The notes under the pieces: generated by a model
The model's input: only the letters and a program-made list of their open reading frames with translations
What the model was told of the DNA's origin: nothing
Databases searched by the model: none
Source of the DNA: a virus
Lineage: Duplodnaviria > Caudoviricetes
IMG/VR virus record: IMGVR_UViG_3300008113_000294
Coordinates: 1 to 54,689 of that record
Strand: one strand, 5' to 3'
DNA: 54,689 bases
Program-made: the position numbers and the translations under genes
In this document: piece after piece, positions 35,690 through 43,517 of the stretch
Position numbering within the stretch: the stretch's first letter is position 1
Layout of the letters: each line of letters opens with the position of its first letter

Positions 35690-36265
35690 TTAATGCGTTT
35701 GAATGAAGTCATCTAATTCTTTGTAAAACGATTGCATATTTTCTAAAGATTTAATGCTGGCGATATCGATATCATAATCAGCAGCAAATAATTTGATGGC
35801 TGCTTTAAGCGCAAAATCTATCGACCTAGCTTTATCTGAGTCCTTTATGTTTTTTAATTTTTCTTTATTTATAAAGGCATGCAGACCAATAAGTTTTATT
35901 TTAATATCGCCAGCTTGCTTGCTAAAGGCAACCCTAAGCACATAGACGGGGCATCCCAAATGAATTACGCCGTAACTGTACTCTTTTTCTTGATAGGCAA
36001 GATAACGAGGCACGGCAATATTTAGGCCGTCAAGTAAGAGCGCATCTTCATGGCGCAAATCGGATTGCACTGTAATCAGTGCATGCTTAACCTTTTCAGG
36101 GATAGGACGATCCGCATGGTAGTTTGTAATATTCGCTGAATTAAAAGTCCTGTTGAGCTTTTGCGCTAGCTTCTTAGCTAAATTCCGGTTTGTATATGGC
36201 ACGCCGCCATTCGCCTGAGTAATCGAGGCGATTATATTTTTCAGCTCTTTTATATCATTATTCAT
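35690..36265 (-). CDS. Hypothetical protein, possible N-terminal HTH
   Basis: 191-aa ORF; TNRNLAKKL segment. Confidence 0.55.
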   Translation of the reverse strand: MNNDIKELKNIIASITQANGGVPYTNRNLAKKLAQKLNRTFNSANITNYHADRPIPEKVKHALITVQSDLRHEDALLLDGLNIAVPRYLAYQEKEYSYGVIHLGCPVYVLRVAFSKQAGDIKIKLIGLHAFINKEKLKNIKDSDKARSIDFALKAAIKLFAADYDIDIASIKSLENMQSFYKELDDFIQTH

Positions 36266-36335
36266 TGACTAATCCATTTTTTATAGTATGTTTGCGGTTA
36301 AGCAAAATGGCTCCATCACCATTGCTTTAAAATCG

Positions 36336-36382
36336 CGCCCCGCTGCTTTTTACCCTATTAACGGCGGGGCGCTTCTTTTTTT
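36336..36382 (+). terminator. Hairpin with T-tract (possibly bidirectional terminator)
   Basis: GCGCCCCGCTG/CGGCGGGGCGC followed by TTCTTTTTTT. Confidence 0.6.
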
Positions 36383-36614
36383 ACGCTTCCAATGTTTGCC
36401 CTTTAAATGAAAAAGCAATGCTTTGGAAAACCGTTTTTTTATCTATAACTATGCTTAACCGTGCGGTGTTAACTATCGAATATATCCGCTGGCGGTTTAT
36501 ATTATGATGCGCCGCAACCTCCTCTATGGCAATTGGAAGCCCTACTATGCCTTCTTTGCCCCACTCTAAAAGAACCATTGATAAAATCTCAGTATCACTA
36601 AATTTTGTTGCCAT
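36381..36614 (-). CDS. Small hypothetical protein, HTH-like
   Basis: IEEVAAHHNINRQRIYSIV; GGAG RBS. Confidence 0.45.
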   Translation of the reverse strand: MATKFSDTEILSMVLLEWGKEGIVGLPIAIEEVAAHHNINRQRIYSIVNTARLSIVIDKKTVFQSIAFSFKGQTLEA

Positions 36615-36679
36615 CTTTTTTGCTCCATTCTTTTTTTTTGTTTTGCATTGCCTTAATGCTTTATTAAACATCCTGTTTA

Positions 36680-37903
36680 CTATTGCAAGCTAAATCTTCT
36701 TATCGGAACCCCGGTTAATTGCCGCCCATTGTTGGTGACTGCCCATCCCTTATATTGAGGCGAATTAACAAGCTGTAAATTCTCTATTTTCCCAAATCGG
36801 ATTAGCGTGCCTGCTAAGTCAATAATAAGCGCATTGGCCTTTGACGGGTGCGGGCGCATGGCGCGGCCTATCATTTGATAGTAGAGCGCAAGAGAAAGCG
36901 TGGGGCGGCCTAATATGAGGCAATCAAGGGCGGGGAAGTCAAACCCCGTTGTAAGAACCCCCACATTGCATATCACTTGCACGCTGTCATCTTGACTCTT
37001 GAACGCCTCTAAAAGTTTCTTGCGCTCTTTTTTGGGTGTCTTGCCCGATAGCATAACCGCGTTGACATTCGCCTTGCAGAGCTGCTCAGCGCATAATGCG
37101 GCCTCCTCAACAAAGGGTAAAAAGATTATGATGCTTTTCCTGCCTAAGCTCAAAGCCCACAATGCTGAATCGTGCGCTTTTGCTACAATATCATAGTTCC
37201 TAGAACTTAGGTATTCGCGCATCGAATCTTCATCAAAATCAGACCCCGTTGTATTCAGGGTTAGCGCCAGCGGGTCAAAGTGAGTGTTGCGCCTGTAGAC
37301 AAGCGGGCATAGATAATTTTCGGCGTATAGCTCTTGAATCTGTGTCACATGGATAATGTCTGAGAAGTAACTAGGCCGTTCGCGTGGCAGTAAGTTTATT
37401 TTACTGTAAGGTTGCGTCTCGTTACCGTAGGCGTTGTATGCCTTCATTCTATATGGGGTTGCGCTTAGGCCGATAATTCTTTGAGCATTGATGCCCTCTA
37501 AAAGTTCTTTGTATTGCCCTTGCCCTGGCGAAACTAAGTGGCATTCATCTATGATGATATTCTTAAAAGACCGCAGATCCTCTATGTGGCTTATGGCCGT
37601 GCCGATAGTGGTGTATGTAACATGGCGGATCGTGCGTTCCCCGGCACTGGCCGATAGAATGCCCACTTGCGATTCAGGGAACCCATAGCCGATTAACTTT
37701 GAATAGTTTTGCTCTAGAATTTCTTTGTTAGGCTGAAAAACAAGGGTGCGCCCGCTTGTCTCTCTTGCAGTGTTAGCAACAACTAGCGATTTACCGCTAC
37801 CCGTTGGTAAAACGAGAATCCCCGGCGCTGCGCCCTCATGCTTTAAGTGCTTTACGGCTGCGCCTATGGCTTTTTCTTGATAATGGCGTAGCTTTATTGT
37901 CAT
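36680..37903 (-). CDS. Superfamily II DEAD/DEAH helicase (RadD/YejH-like)
   Basis: LPTGSGKS, IIDECH, GLSATP, VLTTGFD.P, QMIGRAMR. Confidence 0.92.
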   Translation of the reverse strand: MTIKLRHYQEKAIGAAVKHLKHEGAAPGILVLPTGSGKSLVVANTARETSGRTLVFQPNKEILEQNYSKLIGYGFPESQVGILSASAGERTIRHVTYTTIGTAISHIEDLRSFKNIIIDECHLVSPGQGQYKELLEGINAQRIIGLSATPYRMKAYNAYGNETQPYSKINLLPRERPSYFSDIIHVTQIQELYAENYLCPLVYRRNTHFDPLALTLNTTGSDFDEDSMREYLSSRNYDIVAKAHDSALWALSLGRKSIIIFLPFVEEAALCAEQLCKANVNAVMLSGKTPKKERKKLLEAFKSQDDSVQVICNVGVLTTGFDFPALDCLILGRPTLSLALYYQMIGRAMRPHPSKANALIIDLAGTLIRFGKIENLQLVNSPQYKGWAVTNNGRQLTGVPIRRFSLQ

Positions 37904-38437
37904 TTAGTTTTGAAGCCACTTAGAAAGGTTAGGGTATATATTGCTTGGTTTGTGGCTGTGCATCCCCGGTCTTGCGCAAAAGCCTGCAGCGGCTAATCCA
38001 TTAATCCCCATATAATGACTGCTCTTTAATTGGATTCTTATCGTCGCGCCACTACCATCATAATCTTTATCATCTATGATCAACTTTTCACTCAAACCAA
38101 TTCTTTTCCCGAATGCATAAGCCCATGCGGTTGCCTCTGTATCGCCGCACTGCATGAAAGCACGCGCATCGCCAATGTCTGGATTGCTAAAGTCAATCTC
38201 TTTAGCCATAACCGACATGACGGCAGAAAGGTTATCTTGCGCTTTACCTCTGTATTTATTAGGAATAATCGCTAAGTGTCCTGCCTCATGCAAAATGTTA
38301 GATGGAGTTGCCTTTATGGGGCAATAAAAGATTTTTCCATTTTTTATTTGAACGCCATCAACAAAGCCTTTTGCACCGTTAAGAGGCAGGCATTCTATGC
38401 CTATATCGTTTAAAGCTATCGTAACTTTTTCTATCAT
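37904..38437 (-). CDS. HExxH-containing protein (zincin-like)
   Basis: ILHEAGHLA followed by distal E.TAW. Confidence 0.55.
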   Translation of the reverse strand: MIEKVTIALNDIGIECLPLNGAKGFVDGVQIKNGKIFYCPIKATPSNILHEAGHLAIIPNKYRGKAQDNLSAVMSVMAKEIDFSNPDIGDARAFMQCGDTEATAWAYAFGKRIGLSEKLIIDDKDYDGSGATIRIQLKSSHYMGINGLAAAGFCARPGMHSHKPSNIYPNLSKWLQN

Positions 38438-38631
38438 GAAGCCCGCCTAGCTATCCTTTCGAGCCACTCAAACTGTGCGGGGCTGATCGTCATAAGGTCA
38501 TGCAGGCTTTTAAACTTGCGCTGCAAATCATCTATAAACTTTTCCTCTTGCGGGTTTAGGTCATCAACGTTGGCGGCGCGAGCCAGCAGCTCTTGATGCT
38601 CAATCATGTATTCTCTGTTGCCGATACTCAT
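38434..38631 (-). CDS. Hypothetical protein
   Basis: L...EEKFI.DL....IS..Q..WL.RI, a common small phage pattern. Confidence 0.55.
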   Translation of the reverse strand: MSIGNREYMIEHQELLARAANVDDLNPQEEKFIDDLQRKFKSLHDLMTISPAQFEWLERIARRAS

Positions 38632-38870
38632 AAGCTATCCTTTCTCAAATAATCATAAGAGCCAATATTCAGAAGGATTACGCCAGCAACTTCATCGGTT
38701 GTATGGCCTAATTTTTTCGCCACCTCACCAATACTTAAGCCCTCTCTAAAGGTATCAAGGATGCGTTGCCGCTGCTCTTGCGGCAATCCCTTTGCGACCT
38801 CAGTCCATGGCTTTGGTGTGGCCTTGAATTTCATTCGAGCCACAAAGAGTTGCGCCGATCTTTTACTCAT
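38628..38870 (-). CDS. Small HTH protein
   Basis: GLSIGEVAKKLG. Confidence 0.5.
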   Translation of the reverse strand: MSKRSAQLFVARMKFKATPKPWTEVAKGLPQEQRQRILDTFREGLSIGEVAKKLGHTTDEVAGVILLNIGSYDYLRKDSL

Positions 38871-39609
38871 TGGCAGTCCCCGATTGCTTCAAGGTTTGCT
38901 TTAATGAATTGCGCCGCAACTTGCGGGACAATCGCATTCCCATAGGCGCGCAGTTTAGATGCTCTTGCGGGTATCCCATGAGCCAGCAGACAAATTGAGG
39001 GTTCAATGAGCCTATGCTTTCCGTCTGGGCAGTCAATCCATGCACCGCCCTGCCAAGCAGGGAATTTACGGGGACGTTCTTGACTGATTCCGCAGTCCCG
39101 TCTTTCCAGTGCCTGGTTGTTGGTGTCGGCCACATCGCCTGATGGTGCATTGATTGCACTACATGCGCCAGTTGACTGCTGTGTTTCGCACGCTGCATCC
39201 AGCGGTAACTGTAATTTACCGCATCTGATGAGCGACTCGCATTTTCGTCTGCGCAATTCGGCGTGGGCCACATCGCTGGATGCACTTGTTCCCTCAGGTT
39301 CGCTGGTGCCGTCCTGCCCTTGCGCGTGGTGCTGAATTGCCTGTCCATCGCCTCCATACTGCGCGGCGGCAGGCAATCCATCGTGTTTGGCGTGGCCCAC
39401 AAACCACAAGCGATTGCGCCTGTGCGGCGCACCGACACTGCAAGCTGGTAAAATAACCGCCCCTGTTTCGTACCCCGCTTTTTCCAGATCATTTGCGGCA
39501 TCATCCCACCAGCCAAAGGTAACCGCTGCATCAACCTGTTCACCAAAAATGATTGGAGGTTTTGAGGCGGCAATGAGTCTTTGCCACTCTGGCCAGAGGT
39601 GTCGTTCAT
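38863..39609 (-). CDS. Overprinted beta-subunit-like ORF of the C5 methyltransferase (motif IX carrier)
   Basis: 248-aa alternative frame with WATP/WPTP/WPTP repeats and LNPQFVCWLMGYP. Confidence 0.7.
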   Translation of the reverse strand: MNDTSGQSGKDSLPPQNLQSFLVNRLMQRLPLAGGMMPQMIWKKRGTKQGRLFYQLAVSVRRTGAIACGLWATPNTMDCLPPRSMEAMDRQFSTTRKGRTAPANLREQVHPAMWPTPNCADENASRSSDAVNYSYRWMQRAKHSSQLAHVVQSMHHQAMWPTPTTRHWKDGTAESVKNVPVNSLLGRAVHGLTAQTESIGSLNPQFVCWLMGYPQEHLNCAPMGMRLSRKLRRNSLKQTLKQSGTANE

Positions 39610-39889
39610 CTTTTTTCCCTTTTTGTTTCCCTGCGGTACTGAATGGCTGGCAAGGCGGTGAGCCGGTCCACAAGATCGCATCATCTGGAATGCCAGCTAA
39701 GCGGCACGCAATCGCCCATCCGCCTATGCCCGCGAAAAAGTGGCACTGCTTAAAGCCTATAATGTCATACGGTGAAACTTGCTGTATTGGCCGGGTATCA
39801 ACTAAGCCATCGGGTATCTGGCCAGAGGCCATTAAATTCCTAAGCCACTCAGCGCAATACGGGTCTATTTCGTTATAATAGGCGGCCAT
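38867..39889 (-). CDS. DNA (cytosine-5) methyltransferase, M.EcoHK31I alpha-like
   Basis: AYYNEID; FFAGIGG (I); GSPPCQPFS (IV); GEQV (VI); H.R.R (VIII); YGNAIVPQVA (X). Confidence 0.9.
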   Translation of the reverse strand: MAAYYNEIDPYCAEWLRNLMASGQIPDGLVDTRPIQQVSPYDIIGFKQCHFFAGIGGWAIACRLAGIPDDAILWTGSPPCQPFSTAGKQKGKKDERHLWPEWQRLIAASKPPIIFGEQVDAAVTFGWWDDAANDLEKAGYETGAVILPACSVGAPHRRNRLWFVGHAKHDGLPAAAQYGGDGQAIQHHAQGQDGTSEPEGTSASSDVAHAELRRRKCESLIRCGKLQLPLDAACETQQSTGACSAINAPSGDVADTNNQALERRDCGISQERPRKFPAWQGGAWIDCPDGKHRLIEPSICLLAHGIPARASKLRAYGNAIVPQVAAQFIKANLEAIGDCQ

Positions 39890-39897
39890 AGTACCTA

Positions 39898-40143
39898 TCA
39901 ATCTTCTAGGCACTTAAAGATGTATAAATCGTATGCGTATTGCAAACCTAGCCAGTAACTAGGCGTTTTTCCTAAAGCTAAGCAAAAGCTACGCGCTGTA
40001 AACTTGGTTATTTTTTTATGCCCGCTTAAAATGGAATACAGGTTGCCAAGCGTTATTCCCGTACTAAAAGCAACCTCTTTAGGCCGCAAATTTAGCTGCT
40101 TCATTTCATCTTTAATAACGATACCCGGATGTGGTGTTGTCAT
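39898..40143 (-). CDS. HigA-family antitoxin-like HTH protein (orphan)
   Basis: PHPG..IK.E; IT...A.....LG.TP.YWL.LQ..YDL. Confidence 0.8.
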   Translation of the reverse strand: MTTPHPGIVIKDEMKQLNLRPKEVAFSTGITLGNLYSILSGHKKITKFTARSFCLALGKTPSYWLGLQYAYDLYIFKCLED

Positions 40144-40152
40144 AGCTCATGC

Positions 40153-40548
40153 CTATTTTTTTATTTTTCTTGAATAAACGTAATTTTCGGAAAGGCGCAC
40201 TTGCTCCTCATCCTTGCATTCACATTTTTTGCGGTACTTTTCCTCTACTGCTAGGAAAAACTTTCGCGCAAACCCCGGCTCATGATTATCCTCCTCAGCA
40301 TCGGAAAAGTTAAAATCTTTCAGGTACTGTTTGATTTTATCGTCTGGCAGAACCGTTTTCCCCTTGCCGGAAAATGAGACCAGCCATTCCAAGTGAGGCT
40401 CATCTTCTATTTTATCTCTAACAGGAGCTATGCTAGATATTGCGATAGAGGCATCTCTATCATGAATATATACGCATGATTCATAGTCAAGCTGTACTAA
40501 AGACCAAGGCGAGCCTTTAACGGGTATTCTTTGCATGTAAGCTCTCAT
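40153..40548 (-). CDS. Hypothetical protein
   Basis: GAGG RBS; 131 aa. Confidence 0.6.
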   Translation of the reverse strand: MRAYMQRIPVKGSPWSLVQLDYESCVYIHDRDASIAISSIAPVRDKIEDEPHLEWLVSFSGKGKTVLPDDKIKQYLKDFNFSDAEEDNHEPGFARKFFLAVEEKYRKKCECKDEEQVRLSENYVYSRKIKK

Positions 40549-40564
40549 ACCAATCCTCTTTTTA

Positions 40565-40639
40565 TGGTTGCCGCACTAGGATTTGAACCTAGAACGTACC
40601 CGTTATGAGCGGGGCGTGTTACCGTTACACCATACGGCA
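40565..40639 (-). tRNA. tRNA with CAT anticodon (Met or Ile2)
   Basis: TGCCGTA/TGCGGCA acceptor; GTGT/ACAC D-stem; CTCATAA loop; CTAGG-TTCAAAT-CCTAG; encoded ACCA. Confidence 0.9.
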
Positions 40640-40646
40640 TATTGTT

Positions 40647-41018
40647 TTATAAGCTGGTTTTAATTCCCGCCTCTTTAAGGGTTTTAGTTGCCAAATCGAG
40701 CCACACGTTAAAAGATTCTTTGAAGTGCGCCTCTGGCTGGAATGAGTCCTTATTGATGACAAGAGCTTGCACAACATTAACCATGTTGCGCTGAATCTTA
40801 TTCAGGATTTCGACTGGTGTTTCGCCGCTGGTTACGCGCTGATTTTCTAGGATTAAGCGGTTTATCTCCGTAGCTATTTCTTCTAGAGAACGGCCTTTCC
40901 AAGAGACTTGATCTTGACTATTTTGGAAGTTCGCACCACTAACTAGAGGTTCAATATCCGTCCATAAATATGATATAAAATTTGGATTAATCCATTCACC
41001 AAATACATTTATAAGCAT
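40647..41018 (-). CDS. Hypothetical protein
   Basis: 123-aa ORF; AAGGA RBS. Confidence 0.55.
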   Translation of the reverse strand: MLINVFGEWINPNFISYLWTDIEPLVSGANFQNSQDQVSWKGRSLEEIATEINRLILENQRVTSGETPVEILNKIQRNMVNVVQALVINKDSFQPEAHFKESFNVWLDLATKTLKEAGIKTSL

Positions 41019-41030
41019 TGTGTTTTTCCT

Positions 41031-41186
41031 TTATTTTTTGAGTGATTTTGAAATTTCGCGCCAGTGTTTAGCCTCTTGTGGCTTGCCCAGCTGCTCATAC
41101 TTGATGGCGATGTCGCTTGCTTCTATAGACCATTTTTCTTTAATTTTGTTGTATTTAACTTGGTCATTAGGGATTGCTTGCGTCAT
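41031..41186 (-). CDS. Small hypothetical protein (51 aa)
   Basis: GAGGAG RBS; MTQAIPNDQVKY...; below the ORF-track cutoff. Confidence 0.5.
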   Translation of the reverse strand: MTQAIPNDQVKYNKIKEKWSIEASDIAIKYEQLGKPQEAKHWREISKSLKK

Positions 41187-41245
41187 AACGGCTCCTCTTG
41201 TTTTGACACTTAAACTTTACGTTTAAACAGCCGCGCCGTCAATAA

Positions 41246-41530
41246 CTATTTTGGGTTGCGCCACAGAAAACTGATTTTTTCTAGCTGCGCATCCACTCTT
41301 GCCTCAAAGAAGTTGCTTAAATCAGCGTTACTCTTTTCATTTTGATCTGTGTTCTTTTGTGATGCCCGCAGCATATTAACTTCCCAATAAAAATTCCAGA
41401 GAAGTTCCATGGTTTGGGCTGCCTCAGCTAAAGCAGCATTAGCAACGCCATCTTGCGTTACTACATCCTTAGAAAGAATTTCTAGCGCCTTTATAAGTAT
41501 TGTAGGGTGTGTGTGTTTTATGTTTTCCAT
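41246..41530 (-). CDS. Hypothetical protein
   Basis: LI.AL.IL..D....DGVANAA..EAA. Confidence 0.55.
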   Translation of the reverse strand: MENIKHTHPTILIKALEILSKDVVTQDGVANAALAEAAQTMELLWNFYWEVNMLRASQKNTDQNEKSNADLSNFFEARVDAQLEKISFLWRNPK

Positions 41531-41698
41531 ATGATCAGCCCATTGATGCTATAAAGAAAAAAACAGCAGTAATAGCCGCCGCCACTGAAAACGGCACAAG
41601 CTCAAAATAAGCAAGGGCTGCGCTTATCCAGAGAAAAACAAAGCTGATAACAAAAGCGCTTATAGCTATATTATCTGGTTTCTTTTGCGGCATATTTT

Positions 41699-42106
41699 TT
41701 AACCTTTCACTTTTTTAACAATGTCTTTTGCCATCGTTCGCATGTCGCTTATGTTTGAGCAATCATCATTAGCCAGTGCTTTAATAACTTCCCACATCTC
41801 TTTTAGAAGCTCTGGCGGCATGCTCTTTTTTGCCACCATATCCGGTGCTAGGTGCGCTATTTCAAGCTCTGGCATCGCAACCGGGAACCATTCCCCCGGC
41901 TCTGGCATATCAAACTTTGAAACAACACCTGTTGCCTGGTCAATGCGAAGGAAGCGCCCCGGAACACCAAAACGCTTTGCAGCCGTTGGCGAATAGGCTT
42001 CATATTTTACAAGCGCGGGCGCTTGCTCGACAAAAAACATAGTTCCATCTTGCGGCGCGGTTTCCGTTGGCTGGCCTAGTTCTTTTATAATCCACTGCTT
42101 TTTCAT
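41699..42106 (-). CDS. Hypothetical protein
   Basis: ETAP.DGT motif; ATGA overlap. Confidence 0.55.
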   Translation of the reverse strand: MKKQWIIKELGQPTETAPQDGTMFFVEQAPALVKYEAYSPTAAKRFGVPGRFLRIDQATGVVSKFDMPEPGEWFPVAMPELEIAHLAPDMVAKKSMPPELLKEMWEVIKALANDDCSNISDMRTMAKDIVKKVKG

Positions 42107-42708
42107 GCCTTGTCCTTTTCTAATATTTTAAATTCAATAGCCCAAACCCATGGGTTGGCGTTCCAGCTTTCAGCGCCGTAAATGTCATTCCATAAATTTC
42201 GGAATGCTTCTAAAGCCTGATCTGTGTCATAGCTTTCATCTTTAGGAACGATACCTTCAGCATCATAATCCCGTATAAGCATGTCATGCAGCCGCTGTAC
42301 TTTTATATCTCGAATTTCAAGAGTTATACGCGATGCCCAGCGGGGCATAAATTGAGGCGGGCGAACCTTTGCATACCACAAGCTATCGGGGCGGTCTGCA
42401 CGGTATAGAATGTCGCTATTTATTGGGACTTGGCTTGTCGGGCAACGATTATATTCTGCTAAAAACTGAAACGACTCTCGCACCCATAGCCTATCGCCCG
42501 GCTGGCCGTAAGGGCAAATATGCGCCGTTCTTTTCCCATATGGATTTTTTAAACTTGATTTCCATCCTTGCTGATACGCATTGGGAAATTCAGCGGGGGC
42601 AATATCATCAGCGGGTTGCGGATTAATAATTCGCCGCGTCTGTGTTTTCCTGCCTTGCAATATGGCGTTAACCATTGCGGCATTAAAATTTATTGGGCGC
42701 TCTTTCAT
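42103..42708 (-). CDS. ASCH/PUA-like phage protein
   Basis: MKERPI.F...MV.AIL.GRKTQTRR; CPYG.PGDRLWVRE; MPRWASRI.LEI; NPWVW.IEF. Confidence 0.8.
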   Translation of the reverse strand: MKERPINFNAAMVNAILQGRKTQTRRIINPQPADDIAPAEFPNAYQQGWKSSLKNPYGKRTAHICPYGQPGDRLWVRESFQFLAEYNRCPTSQVPINSDILYRADRPDSLWYAKVRPPQFMPRWASRITLEIRDIKVQRLHDMLIRDYDAEGIVPKDESYDTDQALEAFRNLWNDIYGAESWNANPWVWAIEFKILEKDKA

Positions 42709-42709
42709 G

Positions 42710-43294
42710 TCACATAACTTTCTTTAGTTCATAATAAACATCGCGGCAGGCGCGGACATCCGCCATCGCATCGTGCGCCCCATCAAACTCTTTACCAAAA
42801 AAGAACTTGTAAACCTCTTGTAGATTAGGGGATTTGTATTGCGTCATCCCTTTGGCGACCATCTTTTCCGTTGGCGGAATTTTCACAACGTTTGTGCTGT
42901 TCTGCATCGTGCAAAAGAGGTTTGAGAATAAAGGCCGCTTTGGCTGCAGCTGCATGTGTGCGCCCATGATCTCAATCATCAACACGTCAAAGCTGGCGTT
43001 ATGCGCCACCACCGTGTGTGCCATCTCAGCCAAGCGATAAAAAAGCGACAAAGCCCCCTTTGCCGCTACCCCGTACTGCAGCGCTGCTGCCTGTGTTATC
43101 CCGTGAATCTTTGCCGCATCCTCTGGAATAATCCAGCCCTCTGGCTTGATAATCAAGTTAATCTCAGAGCGGATTTTGTCTTTATCCATTAGGATCGCGC
43201 CTATCTGGCAAACGTAAGGCTGATCTTGATGATCAAGGGGATTGCGCTTGTTTGGCAGTCCGGTTGTTTCGGTATCAAAGAACAGAATTGTCAT
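42710..43294 (-). CDS. DEDDh 3'-5' exonuclease (DnaQ-like)
   Basis: FFDTETTG, AHN.SFD, AHDA.ADV. Confidence 0.9.
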   Translation of the reverse strand: MTILFFDTETTGLPNKRNPLDHQDQPYVCQIGAILMDKDKIRSEINLIIKPEGWIIPEDAAKIHGITQAAALQYGVAAKGALSLFYRLAEMAHTVVAHNASFDVLMIEIMGAHMQLQPKRPLFSNLFCTMQNSTNVVKIPPTEKMVAKGMTQYKSPNLQEVYKFFFGKEFDGAHDAMADVRACRDVYYELKKVM

Positions 43295-43517
43295 GTTTTT
43301 CTCTTTCAATTATTGGCGGCAATTCCGCCCAATATTTAGGTTGATTGGCACGAATCCAGACCGCGCCCATCTTGTGGTGCAAATCCATATTCCAGAACGG
43401 TCCCTTCTTTCGGAAAAAAGGGTTTAAATCCCACTGGCCTACTACCCAGCCGATCCGGGGAAAAAGCAGCAGGATTCGTTTATTGCGCGGCGTTTCGCTA
43501 TCTATAAGTTTAGGCAT
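43275..43517 (-). CDS. DUF551-like small protein
   Basis: ETP...RILL; P.YWAELP. Confidence 0.5.
   Translation of the reverse strand: MPKLIDSETPRNKRILLLFPRIGWVVGQWDLNPFFRKKGPFWNMDLHHKMGAVWIRANQPKYWAELPPIIEREKHDNSVL

Noticed and set aside
39387-39878. 163-aa plus-strand ORF opposite the C5-MTase
   Set aside because: Antisense shadow of a region already constrained in two frames; no recognisable motif.
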